Under the pieces are notes generated by a model that was not told the origin of the DNA, did no database searches, and saw only the letters and a list, made by a program, of their open reading frames with translations. DNA of 34,917 nucleotides, taken from IMG/VR virus record IMGVR_UViG_3300000227_000001, positions 1 through 34,917 of that record; one strand, given 5' to 3'. Position 1 is the first letter of the stretch. Each line of letters opens with the position of its first letter. The translations under genes were made by a program, and so were the position numbers. Source of the DNA: a virus. Positions 1-8,475 of the stretch are shown here, piece after piece.

Positions 1-171
1 ACTAGGGTCTGATGCTCTGAGGAGCCCAGAATCAATCCTAGGGCCTCTCGGGCCCATGCCGAGCCGATGTTGGGCGGCCTCGGCCCATGCCGAGCCGATG
101 TTGGGCGGCCCTTGCTACAGAAGCTGCTACAGCTACAGTCGTTTTCCTATTCTCCTCTTAAAAACTCATTA
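1..171. repeat. Terminal redundancy: 171 bp identical to 34747-34917 (direct terminal repeat or circular-assembly overlap)
   Basis: Base-by-base reading shows 1-171 equals 34747-34917. The right copy stops inside the 165-bp repeat unit. Confidence 0.95.
51..110. repeat. Two tandem copies (period 31 bp) of the GC-rich 29-mer ggcccatgccgagccgatgttgggcggcc
   Basis: Copies at 51-79 and 82-110 are identical. Confidence 0.95.
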
Positions 172-275
172 GGAAGATTATTATACCTATATTTAATTTC
201 CTAATGAGCTTCTATTTCTAGAATAAGGAAAATACTGTAGCTGTAGCAGATTCTGTAGCAGGACTTGTGGACTCC
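111..275. repeat. 165-bp direct repeat, copy 1. Internally an imperfect palindrome around an AT-rich core.
   Basis: Identical to 317-481. The 28-nt outer arms (111-138 and 235-262) match 26/28 and carry CTACAG hexamers. The 11-bp inner arms ctcattaggaa (165-175) and ttcctaatgag (198-208) pair perfectly. Confidence 0.95.
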
Positions 276-280
276 ACATC

Positions 281-309
281 GGCCCATGCCGAGCCGATGT
301 TGGGTGGCC
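281..309. repeat. Third copy of the 29-mer, with one mismatch (ggcccatgccgagccgatgttgggTggcc)
   Basis: Direct comparison with 51-79 and 82-110. It is followed by an extra ctcggcc before the second 165-bp unit. Confidence 0.9.
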
Positions 310-316
310 CTCGGCC

Positions 317-481
317 CTTGCTACAGAAGCTGCTACAGCTACAGTCGTTTTCCTATTCTCCTCTTAAAAACTCATTAGGAAGATTATTATACCTATATTT
401 AATTTCCTAATGAGCTTCTATTTCTAGAATAAGGAAAATACTGTAGCTGTAGCAGATTCTGTAGCAGGACTTGTGGACTCC
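317..481. repeat. 165-bp direct repeat, copy 2 (perfect copy of 111-275)
   Basis: Character-by-character identity with 111-275. The repeat period is 206 bp. Confidence 0.95.
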
Positions 482-535
482 GCCGGCGCCACTTCAGATG
501 GTTTCGCGCCATAACACGCGCGTGCGTCGATGGGG

Positions 536-564
536 TATACATCGCCCCGCCGGCAAGCTATAAT
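536..564 (+). promoter_or_regulatory. Sigma70-like promoter for the rightward structural operon (TATACA-N17-TATAAT)
   Basis: -35 TATACA at 536-541, a 17-nt GC-rich spacer, and a perfect -10 TATAAT at 559-564, about 45 nt upstream of the small terminase ATG. It has the same architecture as the five leftward promoters. Confidence 0.6.
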
Positions 565-608
565 CCATTCTATAAGGTGAATCTTAATTACATTTAGGAG
601 GACTCTAC

Positions 609-977
609 ATGGCTTTAGGTGGCGCAAGGCGCGGGGCTGGTCGGCCCAGGGGTTCCGTGCAAAAGATCACGACCAAAGCTCGCGAAGAGGCGATGAAAGC
701 TGGGTTGCTCCCACACGAGTGGTTGCTGAAGGTCAGCCGTGGTGAAGGCATCGTGCACAAGCGTTGGGTCGTCGAGTATGACGCCAAGGGCAACGAGAAG
801 AGCAAAAAACTTGTGGAAGAAGAGTTCTATGCTGACTTTCCCACACGCATTGACGCCGCGAAAGCAGCAGCTCCGTACTACGCACCGCGCCTTGCTACAC
901 AAACCGTCTCCATCAGCGGCAACTCAGACGCCGTGTCCGAGGCCCTCAAGTCGATCGCGGAGAAGCTTCCAGTATGA
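609..977 (+). CDS. Terminase small subunit
   Basis: Strong RBS (aggagg) precedes the ATG. The N-terminus GGARRGAGRPRG is typical of small terminases. It lies directly upstream of the large terminase and is coupled to it by an ATGA overlap. Confidence 0.75.
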   Translation: MALGGARRGAGRPRGSVQKITTKAREEAMKAGLLPHEWLLKVSRGEGIVHKRWVVEYDAKGNEKSKKLVEEEFYADFPTRIDAAKAAAPYYAPRLATQTVSISGNSDAVSEALKSIAEKLPV

Positions 978-2299
978 CTGACCACGCCCATCAGAAGGAC
1001 ATGGAGCGTTGGTATCCACTAGCCGAGCACCCCATTCAAACCGCCTTGGTCAATGACAAGGTGCGGTTCAAGGTGGTCCCAGCAGGGCGGCGGTCCGGCA
1101 AGTCCGAACGCGCCAAGCGCTTTGTGGTGCGTGAGGCCATGAGGGAGCCCGGGCCCTACTTCGTGGCTGCTCCTACTCGGGACCAAGTCAAGCGTATCTA
1201 CTGGACCGACCTCAAGCGTCTCTGCTTCACGTCAGTTTTCGGTGACCGCTCAGTCAGCGAGTCTGAGCTCCAGATTCGCTTGCCCAACGGCAGCACGATC
1301 AGCCTCATCGGTCTTGATCAACCTCAGCGCATGGAAGGTGTGCACTGGATCGGAGGCATCATTGATGAGATTGCCGACGTGCGCGAAGGTGCGTGGCAGG
1401 AGCACATCAGCCCAGCCCTTGATACGTTCAACCCGTCGAGGCCCGACTATCGCCCATGGTGCTGGTTGATCGGCGTCCCTGACGGCTTGAATCACTATTT
1501 CGAGATGGCTGAGTACGCTCGGACCAGTGGCGATCCTGACTGGAAGCTATACACGTGGAAGAGCGCAGACATTCTGCCCAAGGATGTGATCGATGCAGCT
1601 AAGCGCCGCATGTCGCCGCGTCAATATCGGCAGGAATACGAGGCCAGCTTCGAGACCGCGTCCGGCCGTGTGTACGAGGACTACGGCCCAGACAACTACA
1701 CGAACGAGGTCATCAAGCCCCATGAGCAGTTAATGTGGTGCCATGACTTCAACTTCACGCCCATGAGCTCAGGCGTCGGGGTCCGTCGTGGCAATGACTT
1801 CTTCATCCTCGATGAGATTGTTCTCCAGTCCGCAGTGGCCAGGCAGTCGGCCCTTGAGTTCGTGGAGAAGTTCAAGAACCACCAGAACCGCAGCGTCATC
1901 ATTTACGGCGACCCAGCAGGCCGTGCAGGTGAGAAGCATGGACACGCCTCTGACTACACTGAGATAGAACAGGTTCTTCGCTCCAACAACTGGACCGTGA
2001 CACGCAAAGTGAAGAACGCGGCACCAGCCATCAAGGACCGGCAGAACTCCGTGCGTGCCAAGATCAAGAACGCTAGGGGTGAGGTCAGCCTGTTCGTGAA
2101 CATTGAGAAAGCCAAGTACGCCCACAAGGGCTTTTCCACAGTGCAGATCAAGAAGGGCAGCACCTTCCTGGAAGATTGCAGCGAGTACCAGCACATCACG
2201 ACGGCCATTGGTTACTGCGTCGATTACGAATGGCCGATCAACTTCAAGGAGGATGTTAAGGTCGAGCCGATCGCGTCCGTTAATCATTTCAACCGTTAA
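974..2299 (+). CDS. Terminase large subunit
   Basis: 441 aa with a Walker A-like motif PAGRRSGKS. It sits between the small terminase and the portal, and its ATGA start overlaps the upstream stop. Confidence 0.85.
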   Translation: MTDHAHQKDMERWYPLAEHPIQTALVNDKVRFKVVPAGRRSGKSERAKRFVVREAMREPGPYFVAAPTRDQVKRIYWTDLKRLCFTSVFGDRSVSESELQIRLPNGSTISLIGLDQPQRMEGVHWIGGIIDEIADVREGAWQEHISPALDTFNPSRPDYRPWCWLIGVPDGLNHYFEMAEYARTSGDPDWKLYTWKSADILPKDVIDAAKRRMSPRQYRQEYEASFETASGRVYEDYGPDNYTNEVIKPHEQLMWCHDFNFTPMSSGVGVRRGNDFFILDEIVLQSAVARQSALEFVEKFKNHQNRSVIIYGDPAGRAGEKHGHASDYTEIEQVLRSNNWTVTRKVKNAAPAIKDRQNSVRAKIKNARGEVSLFVNIEKAKYAHKGFSTVQIKKGSTFLEDCSEYQHITTAIGYCVDYEWPINFKEDVKVEPIASVNHFNR

Positions 2300-2308
2300 G
2301 GAACTACC

Positions 2309-4387
2309 ATGGCCCGACCAACCAAAGAGCAACGACTTGCTGCCATCCACAAGGAGGCACTCGTCGAGTTCGACAACATCCAATCTGCCCTGCGCGATGA
2401 GCGACTGCAGTGCCTACAAGACCGCCGGTTTTACTCGGTCGCAGGTGCTCAGTGGGAAGGTCCATTGGGCGAGCAGTTCGAGAACAAGCCCAAGTTCGAG
2501 GTTAACAAGATTCACTTGGCTGTCATCCGCATCATCAACGAGTACCGCAACAACCGCATCACCGTCAACTTCGTGAGCAAGGAAGGCAAGGAGCACGACA
2601 AGCTGGCTGACATATGCGCCGGCCTGTACCGTGCCGACGAGCAGGACAGCGGCGCTGAAGAAGCTTATGACAACGCCTTTGAGGAAGGTGTGGCTGGCGG
2701 CTTTGGTGCGTGGCGTCTGCGCACAGTGTACGAGAACGAAGAGGACAAAGAGGACGAGAGGCAGCGTATCCGCATTGAGCCGATCTTTGATGCCGACTCG
2801 TCTGTATTCTTTGACCTGAACGCCAAGCGCCAAGACAAGGCTGACGCCAAGAGCTGCTTCGTCATCACGTCCATGACGCACCAAGCTTACAAGGATGAGT
2901 GGGGCGATGATCCAGCTTCGTGGCCGAAGGAAGTCCATCGGTATGAGTTCGATTGGCTGACGCCTGACGTCGTCTATGTGGCTGAGTACTACCGCGTCGA
3001 GGAGACCCGTGAGACCGTCTACGTCTGGGAGACCCTGAACGGCGATGAGGAACGCTACAATGACGCCGACTTCGAGGCTGATGAGACCTTGGAAGAGCGC
3101 CTGCTCGCTGTTGGCAGCCGTGAGGTTCGCCAGAAGACCATCAAGCGCCGCCGCGTCCGCAAGTACATCCTGTCAGGCGCCAAGATTCTCGAGGACTGCG
3201 GCTACATAGCCGGTAAGTGCATCCCCATCGTGCCCATGTACGGCAAGCGCTGGTTCGTTGACAACGTTGAGCGCTGCATGGGTCATGTCCGCTTGGCCAA
3301 GGATGCTCAGCGCTTGAAGAACATGCAGCTGTCGAAGCTCGGTGAAATCAGCGCCATGTCCTCGGTTGAGAAGCCCATCCTCACACCTGAACAAGTTGCC
3401 GGCCACCAAATAATGTGGGCTAATGACAACATCAAGAACTTTCCCTATCTGCTTGTCAATCCCATTACTGACGCCAATGGTAATCAAGCCATTTCTGGTC
3501 CGATCGGTTACACCAAACCGCCTCAGGTTCCACAGGCTTTGGCTGCTCTGCTGCAAATCACTGAGCAGGACATGAAGGACCTGCTTGGTAACCAGCAGGC
3601 CGGCGAAGAGCTCCAGCCCAATATCAGTGGCAAAGCAGTTGAGCTCGTGCAGAACAAGCTCGACATGCAAACCTTCATCTACATGAGCAACATGAGCAAG
3701 GCCATCAAACGCTCAGGTGAAATTTGGTTGAGCATGGCTAAGGATGTTCTGGTCGAAGAAGGCCGCAAGATGAAGTCCATCGGCCCACAAGGCGAGATTC
3801 AGTCAGTCGAACTGGCCAAGCCCATGATTAACGAGAAGGGCGAGATTGGGATTGAGAACGACTTGTCTGACGCCGAGTTCGACGTCAGTGTGGACGTCGG
3901 CCCTTCGTCTTCTAGTAAGCGTGCCGCCACGGTCCGTGCTCTAACCGGTATGGCTTCCCTGACCGATGACGCTGAGACCAAGCAGGTCCTTGGCGCCATG
4001 GCCATGATGAATATGGAAGGCGAAGGTATCACTGAGGTGCGCGACTACTTCCGCAAGAAGTTGCTCCGCATGGGAGTCGTCAAGCCCACTGAGGAAGAAC
4101 AGCGGGCCATGGCTGAGGAAGCTCAGAACGCCAAGCCCAATCCGAATGAGCAGTACTTGCAGGCAGCGGCCGATGAGGCCACGGCCAATGCCACTCAGGC
4201 TCGCGCCAAGACCATCCTCACGATTGCCCAGGCAGATGAAACCAAGGCCAAGACTATGAAGACACTGGCTGAAGTGAACTCGTCAGAGCAGCGCCAGGCC
4301 ATTGAGGTCATCGAAAAGTTAGGTGGATTGGGCCAGGTCCAACCTCAAGGGGCCGAAACTGTATCCCAGAACGGCACTTCACTGTAA
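2309..4387 (+). CDS. Portal protein, P22 gp1-like
   Basis: 692 aa. The block IKRRRVRKYILSGAKILEDCGYIAGKCIPIVPMYGKRWFVDNVERCMGHVRLAKDAQRLKNM closely resembles my recollection of P22 portal (IKRRRVYKSII...[35 protein letters not shown]). The C-terminus is helical and Ala/Gln-rich. Confidence 0.9.
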   Translation: MARPTKEQRLAAIHKEALVEFDNIQSALRDERLQCLQDRRFYSVAGAQWEGPLGEQFENKPKFEVNKIHLAVIRIINEYRNNRITVNFVSKEGKEHDKLADICAGLYRADEQDSGAEEAYDNAFEEGVAGGFGAWRLRTVYENEEDKEDERQRIRIEPIFDADSSVFFDLNAKRQDKADAKSCFVITSMTHQAYKDEWGDDPASWPKEVHRYEFDWLTPDVVYVAEYYRVEETRETVYVWETLNGDEERYNDADFEADETLEERLLAVGSREVRQKTIKRRRVRKYILSGAKILEDCGYIAGKCIPIVPMYGKRWFVDNVERCMGHVRLAKDAQRLKNMQLSKLGEISAMSSVEKPILTPEQVAGHQIMWANDNIKNFPYLLVNPITDANGNQAISGPIGYTKPPQVPQALAALLQITEQDMKDLLGNQQAGEELQPNISGKAVELVQNKLDMQTFIYMSNMSKAIKRSGEIWLSMAKDVLVEEGRKMKSIGPQGEIQSVELAKPMINEKGEIGIENDLSDAEFDVSVDVGPSSSSKRAATVRALTGMASLTDDAETKQVLGAMAMMNMEGEGITEVRDYFRKKLLRMGVVKPTEEEQRAMAEEAQNAKPNPNEQYLQAAADEATANATQARAKTILTIAQADETKAKTMKTLAEVNSSEQRQAIEVIEKLGGLGQVQPQGAETVSQNGTSL

Positions 4388-4434
4388 TATCTTTGTTTAT
4401 GCGGTTCCCACCCAGCCGCTCTAATGGGTGAGGT

Positions 4435-5349
4435 TTGAATGGGGTCATTGAAATGAACAAAAAGGCAGACGACCAAGCAGCGGCAGACGATGAAGTGGTA
4501 ACCTTGGAAGACGAAACCACGGTTGTGGACGGCGAGGGTGAAGACAGCAACACCGACGAAACCCAGTCCGATGACAACGAAGGTGAAGGCACCCAGGAAA
4601 CTGCCACTGAGTCCGATGATGTTGTGGTGACCATTGGTGAGGAAGCGCCACCCACTGAGGAAGAGACCCGAGCGCCCGAATGGGTACGTGAACTGCGCAG
4701 GATCAACCGCGAGGACAAGCGTCGCATCCGTGAACTGGAAGAGAAGCTCAACGCCATCAAGACTGCTGAGACCAAGCCGGCAGCCTTGGGTAAGAAGCCC
4801 GCTCTTGAAGATTACGATTATGACGCTGAGAGGTTCGAGCAAGCATTGACAGCTTGGTACGACCGGAAACGTGAAGCCGACCAAGCTGCTGCACAAGCTG
4901 AAGCTGCACAAAAGGAACAGCAGAAAGCTTGGCAGGCCAAACTGGATGCCTACAACGAGGCGAAAGCTAAACTGAAGGTCAGGGACTTCGACGACGCCGA
5001 GGCGACTGTCCAGGACATCTTCAACGGCACCCAGCAAGGCATCATGCTGCAAGGAGCTGAGAACCCTGCGTTGGTTATCTACGCGCTGGGCAAGAACCCA
5101 AAGAAGGCCAAGGAAATCTCGACCATCACTGACCCCGTGAAATTTGCTTTCGCGGTGGCTAAACTGGAGACTCAATTGAAAGTTACGCAACGCAAAGCAG
5201 CCACAGCACCTGAGCGCATTGTCCAGGGAACTGGCAACAAGTCTGGGACTGTGGACCCAACCCTCGAGCGGCTGCGTGCAGAGGCGGCAAAGTCTGGTGA
5301 CTTCACCAAAGTCATCCAGTACAAGAGGTCGAAGCAAGCGGCTAAGTAG
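4435..5349 (+). CDS. Scaffolding protein (start more likely ATG at 4453)
   Basis: Acidic N-terminus and a coiled-coil Ala/Lys/Glu-rich body, positioned between portal and coat. The ORF track start at 4435 is a TTG. An in-frame ATG lies at 4453. Confidence 0.7.
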   Translation: MNGVIEMNKKADDQAAADDEVVTLEDETTVVDGEGEDSNTDETQSDDNEGEGTQETATESDDVVVTIGEEAPPTEEETRAPEWVRELRRINREDKRRIRELEEKLNAIKTAETKPAALGKKPALEDYDYDAERFEQALTAWYDRKREADQAAAQAEAAQKEQQKAWQAKLDAYNEAKAKLKVRDFDDAEATVQDIFNGTQQGIMLQGAENPALVIYALGKNPKKAKEISTITDPVKFAFAVAKLETQLKVTQRKAATAPERIVQGTGNKSGTVDPTLERLRAEAAKSGDFTKVIQYKRSKQAAK

Positions 5350-5373
5350 ACCATTTTTGAATAGGAGCCAATC

Positions 5374-6648
5374 ATGGCAAATGCATTTTCCAAAGAAGAA
5401 CGCATCGCGTTTGAAGACATCCTCGAAGGCTTCAATGACGCCTTGGTCCTGAGCCGCAACGTCGCGACCTACAACGTCGGCGGCACCGAGATGGAGCGCT
5501 CGCAAGACACCATCTGGCGTCCCCAGCCGTACATCGCTAACTCGATTGACGGTGCACCTGGTACTGACATCTCCGCCCAGTACAAGGACATGGTTCAGCT
5601 GTCTGTGCCCGCCACCCTGGGCTTCAGCAGGACTGTGCCTTGGACCCTGAACGCCAAGGAACTGCGCGACGCTCTGCAAGAAGGTCGTCTGGGCGACAGC
5701 GCCAAGCAGAAGCTGGCCAGCGACATCAACGTGGCAATCATGAACGTGGCATCCTCCCAAGGTACCTTGTTCGTGAAGCGCACCGCTGCGGCTTCTGGTT
5801 TCGACGACGTCGCCCAGTGCGAAGCAGTGTTCAACGAAATCGGTGTGCCTTCATACGATCGCTACCTCGCTCTGAGCACACGCGATTACAACGGCATGGC
5901 GGGCAACTTGGCTGGTCGTCAGAACGTGACTGACCTGCCGAAGGAAGCCTACCGCCGCGCCTACGTCGGCATGATCGCCTCGTTCGACACGTACAAACTG
6001 GACTACGCCAACCGCAAGGCGGCCGCTGCCGGCGGCTCAGGTCTGACCATCAGCACTCTGGACTCTGCTGGCAACTACTACATCCCCAAGGCCACGATCA
6101 CCTCCGCGGGCGGCAAGATCAACGTTGACAACCGTTACCAGACCGTGACTGTTTCGAGCACCGCTTCGGTGGCTGCTGGCGACGCCTTCACGATCGCTGG
6201 TGTGAACAGCGTGCACGCCATCACCAAGGGCGACACCGGCCAGCTGAAGACCTTCCGCGTCATCAGCGTGACCAGCGGCACCACGATGGTCATCAGCCCG
6301 CCAATCATCAGCAACCAGGTGCCTAACGACGCTTCGGCCCAGTACCAGAACTGCGTGGTGAATGCCAAGTCTTCGACCTCGGCCATCGTGTTCTTGAACA
6401 CCGCTGACGGCTACCAGAATCCGTTCTGGCAGAAGGACGCGCTGGAAATTCTGCCCGGCCGTTACGCCGTCCCGTCCGATGCTGGTACCGCAGTGATGCG
6501 TGCCACCACTGATCAGGGTATCGAACTGGTCATGCAGAAGTTTTATGACATCAACACAATGACGACCAAGTACCGCTTGGACACTCTCTTCGGTGTCGTG
6601 TGTAAGCAGCCTGAAATGGCCGGCATCATGATGTTCAGCCAACCCTAA
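5374..6648 (+). CDS. Major capsid (coat) protein, P22 gp5-like
   Basis: 424 aa with an aggag RBS. SQDTIWRPQPY and KINVDNRYQTVTVSSTASVAAGDAFTIAGV resemble P22 coat SSNTIWMPVEQ and [30 protein letters not shown], as recalled from memory. Confidence 0.9.
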   Translation: MANAFSKEERIAFEDILEGFNDALVLSRNVATYNVGGTEMERSQDTIWRPQPYIANSIDGAPGTDISAQYKDMVQLSVPATLGFSRTVPWTLNAKELRDALQEGRLGDSAKQKLASDINVAIMNVASSQGTLFVKRTAAASGFDDVAQCEAVFNEIGVPSYDRYLALSTRDYNGMAGNLAGRQNVTDLPKEAYRRAYVGMIASFDTYKLDYANRKAAAAGGSGLTISTLDSAGNYYIPKATITSAGGKINVDNRYQTVTVSSTASVAAGDAFTIAGVNSVHAITKGDTGQLKTFRVISVTSGTTMVISPPIISNQVPNDASAQYQNCVVNAKSSTSAIVFLNTADGYQNPFWQKDALEILPGRYAVPSDAGTAVMRATTDQGIELVMQKFYDINTMTTKYRLDTLFGVVCKQPEMAGIMMFSQP

Positions 6649-6654
6649 GCTGAT

Positions 6655-6686
6655 TGAAGGAAGGGGCTCCGGTCCCTTCCTTCAAC
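6655..6686 (+). other. Perfect 12-bp stem-loop immediately after the coat gene, with no U-tract
   Basis: ttgaaggaaggg (6655-6666) pairs with cccttccttcaa (6675-6686) across an 8-nt loop. The sequence after the stem is cctaccgatc. Confidence 0.7.
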
Positions 6687-6716
6687 CTACCGATCAATCC
6701 ACCTGAGGGCACCGAA

Positions 6717-7004
6717 ATGACTGAAGAAGTTCAAGCTGCTGACGACCAGTTTCCCACGCTCGTCTACAAGGGCCATGGCCCGCACTCCCGCGCCGGCGGC
6801 ACGTACGACTACGCTGCTATTAACGACCAGGAAGAGCTCGACGCCAAGCTGGCTGATGGCTGGTTCACCACGTTGCCTGAGGCCATTGACGCCCACGACA
6901 AGCCCGCGGTGAAGTCTGATGACGCGCCGGCAACTCGTGCTGAGCTCGAGACCAAGGCCAAAGAGCTGGGCATCCAGTTCGGCAAGAAGACGACTAGACG
7001 CTGA
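6717..7004 (+). CDS. Hypothetical protein (95 aa)
   Basis: ATG at 6717 follows gaggg. The TTG start at 6654 given in the track lies inside the hairpin and is unlikely. The gene sits between coat and the gp4-like gene. Confidence 0.6.
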   Translation: MTEEVQAADDQFPTLVYKGHGPHSRAGGTYDYAAINDQEELDAKLADGWFTTLPEAIDAHDKPAVKSDDAPATRAELETKAKELGIQFGKKTTRR

Positions 7005-7046
7005 ACTCAGCGCCTCAATCACTAAAGCACTCGCCAAGGAGCAACC

Positions 7047-7529
7047 ATGGGCTGGACTAAGCGCCAATTCGTCACACAGGCCTTCGAAGAAGTCGGGTTG
7101 GCGGCTTACGTTTTCGACCTGACCCCTGCGCAGCTGCAAAGCGCCTTGAACCGGCTGGACTCCATGATGGCGTCGTGGAACGCTAAAGGAATCCGTCTCG
7201 GTTACCCCATCGCGTCAAACCCACAAAATAGCGACCTTGACGAAGAAACCAACGTACCTGACTCGGCCAATGAGGCCATCTACCTGAACCTCGGGATCCG
7301 CATCGCTCCTGGCTTCGGCAAGACTGTAGCCCCTGAGACCAAGGCCGCGGCCAAGATGGCCTACGATGTCTTGCTGTCTCGTGCCGCCGTGCCACCTGAG
7401 CAGCAGTTCCCAGGCACGATGCCTTCTGGCGCAGGCAACAAACCATGGCGGGTCTATAACGATCCGTTCTTTCATCGACCAGTTGATCCCCTGCTTGCAG
7501 GTGAAGACGGCCCAATCGAGTTCAACTAG
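7047..7529 (+). CDS. Head-to-tail adaptor / tail accessory factor, P22 gp4-like
   Basis: 160 aa with an aaggag RBS. GIRIAPGF and TMPSGAGN resemble P22 gp4 ACRIAPDY and RMPTGSGN (from memory). Size and position agree. Confidence 0.75.
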   Translation: MGWTKRQFVTQAFEEVGLAAYVFDLTPAQLQSALNRLDSMMASWNAKGIRLGYPIASNPQNSDLDEETNVPDSANEAIYLNLGIRIAPGFGKTVAPETKAAAKMAYDVLLSRAAVPPEQQFPGTMPSGAGNKPWRVYNDPFFHRPVDPLLAGEDGPIEFN

Positions 7530-7540
7530 GAGAACCTCAC

Positions 7541-7996
7541 ATGCCACAAATCAATCAGCTCGCTGCCGTCGATCAAGTCCAGTCTGGCGACCAAGTGCCA
7601 ATCTACTCGGCAGCCAACGGCGACGCGCGTAAGGCCGCGCTCTCGCTGCTCAAGACCTTCTTCCAAGAAGGTATCACTGCTTCCGACGACAAGATCACTC
7701 AGTTCGCCGCCCCTTCAGCAACTGGCTTCAGCATTCAGGTCAACAACAACTCGGACAGTGTCTGGCTGGTGCTTGCACCGACTGCTGACTTTGCCGCTGG
7801 CACTCTGGTGCTTCCTGCTGTGGCCAACTGCGTTGACCGTCAAGAAGTCTTGGTGAACTGCACCCAAGCCGTGACCGCTCTGACCGTATCTGGGAACGGT
7901 GCTACCGTAACTGGTGCACCAACCGCATTGGCAGCCAATGCATTCTTCACGCTCAAATTCGACGCCGTAACCTCGACGTGGTATCGCGTCGGCTGA
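7541..7996 (+). CDS. Hypothetical virion-module protein (151 aa)
   Basis: An aggag RBS precedes an uninterrupted ORF in the structural operon. Confidence 0.7.
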   Translation: MPQINQLAAVDQVQSGDQVPIYSAANGDARKAALSLLKTFFQEGITASDDKITQFAAPSATGFSIQVNNNSDSVWLVLAPTADFAAGTLVLPAVANCVDRQEVLVNCTQAVTALTVSGNGATVTGAPTALAANAFFTLKFDAVTSTWYRVG

Positions 7997-8010
7997 CTAA
8001 GGAGAACATT

Positions 8011-8472
8011 ATGTGTTTCAACTTTTCAAGTGGGGATAACTTTACCGAAGGTGTCACCTCGGTTGCTCCCATCTACAGCGTTTTTGACAACACGGCAAAC
8101 GGCAGTGACAAGTCTTTTACTGTTCCGGCTGGCGAAATGTGGAAGATCATGTATGCCAACGTCAAACTTGTAACGTCCGCAACAGCTGGCGCCCGTCAAT
8201 TGCGTCTCACTATGACCGATCCAAGCGGCAACGAAGTTGGTTATATCTCGGCAGGCGCGGTGCAGAATTCATCCTTGGTATACAACTATGGATTCTTTCA
8301 GGGCATTAATCGTGAAACGTCATTTATAGACAACATGATTCAAGTTCCAATCCCCATTGACCTGTATCTGCCCGCTGGTTCGACTATTCGATTCCACGAC
8401 TCGGCAGCCGTTGACCCTGCCGCTGACTACATGGTGGTATCTTTTGGTGCGCAGCTCTTCAAGGGATGCTGA
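8011..8472 (+). CDS. Hypothetical virion-module protein (153 aa)
   Basis: ATG at 8011 follows taaggagaacatt. The upstream extension in the ORF track overlaps the previous gene. Confidence 0.7.
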   Translation: MCFNFSSGDNFTEGVTSVAPIYSVFDNTANGSDKSFTVPAGEMWKIMYANVKLVTSATAGARQLRLTMTDPSGNEVGYISAGAVQNSSLVYNYGFFQGINRETSFIDNMIQVPIPIDLYLPAGSTIRFHDSAAVDPAADYMVVSFGAQLFKGC

Positions 8473-8475
8473 GAC

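Noticed and set aside
47-110. A possible CRISPR array, because of regularly spaced 29-31-bp repeats
   Set aside because: The copies are directly adjacent with no spacers (period 31 bp). There are only two or three copies and no cas genes apart from a stand-alone Cas4-like nuclease typical of phage replication modules.
219-224. TAGAAT boxes inside the 165-bp repeats (219-224, 425-430), considered as bona fide rightward promoters
   Set aside because: The best -35 is only TTTCCT at 16-nt spacing. The much better TATACA-N17-TATAAT promoter at 536-564 lies closer to the small terminase gene. I kept these boxes only as a remark within the repeat finding.
4345-5760. 471-aa ORF on the minus strand, opposite the scaffold and coat genes
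   Set aside because: It is a shadow ORF in GC-rich DNA with a low-complexity Leu/Val/Gly/Arg-rich translation. It has no RBS context and lies fully antisense to two well-supported structural genes.
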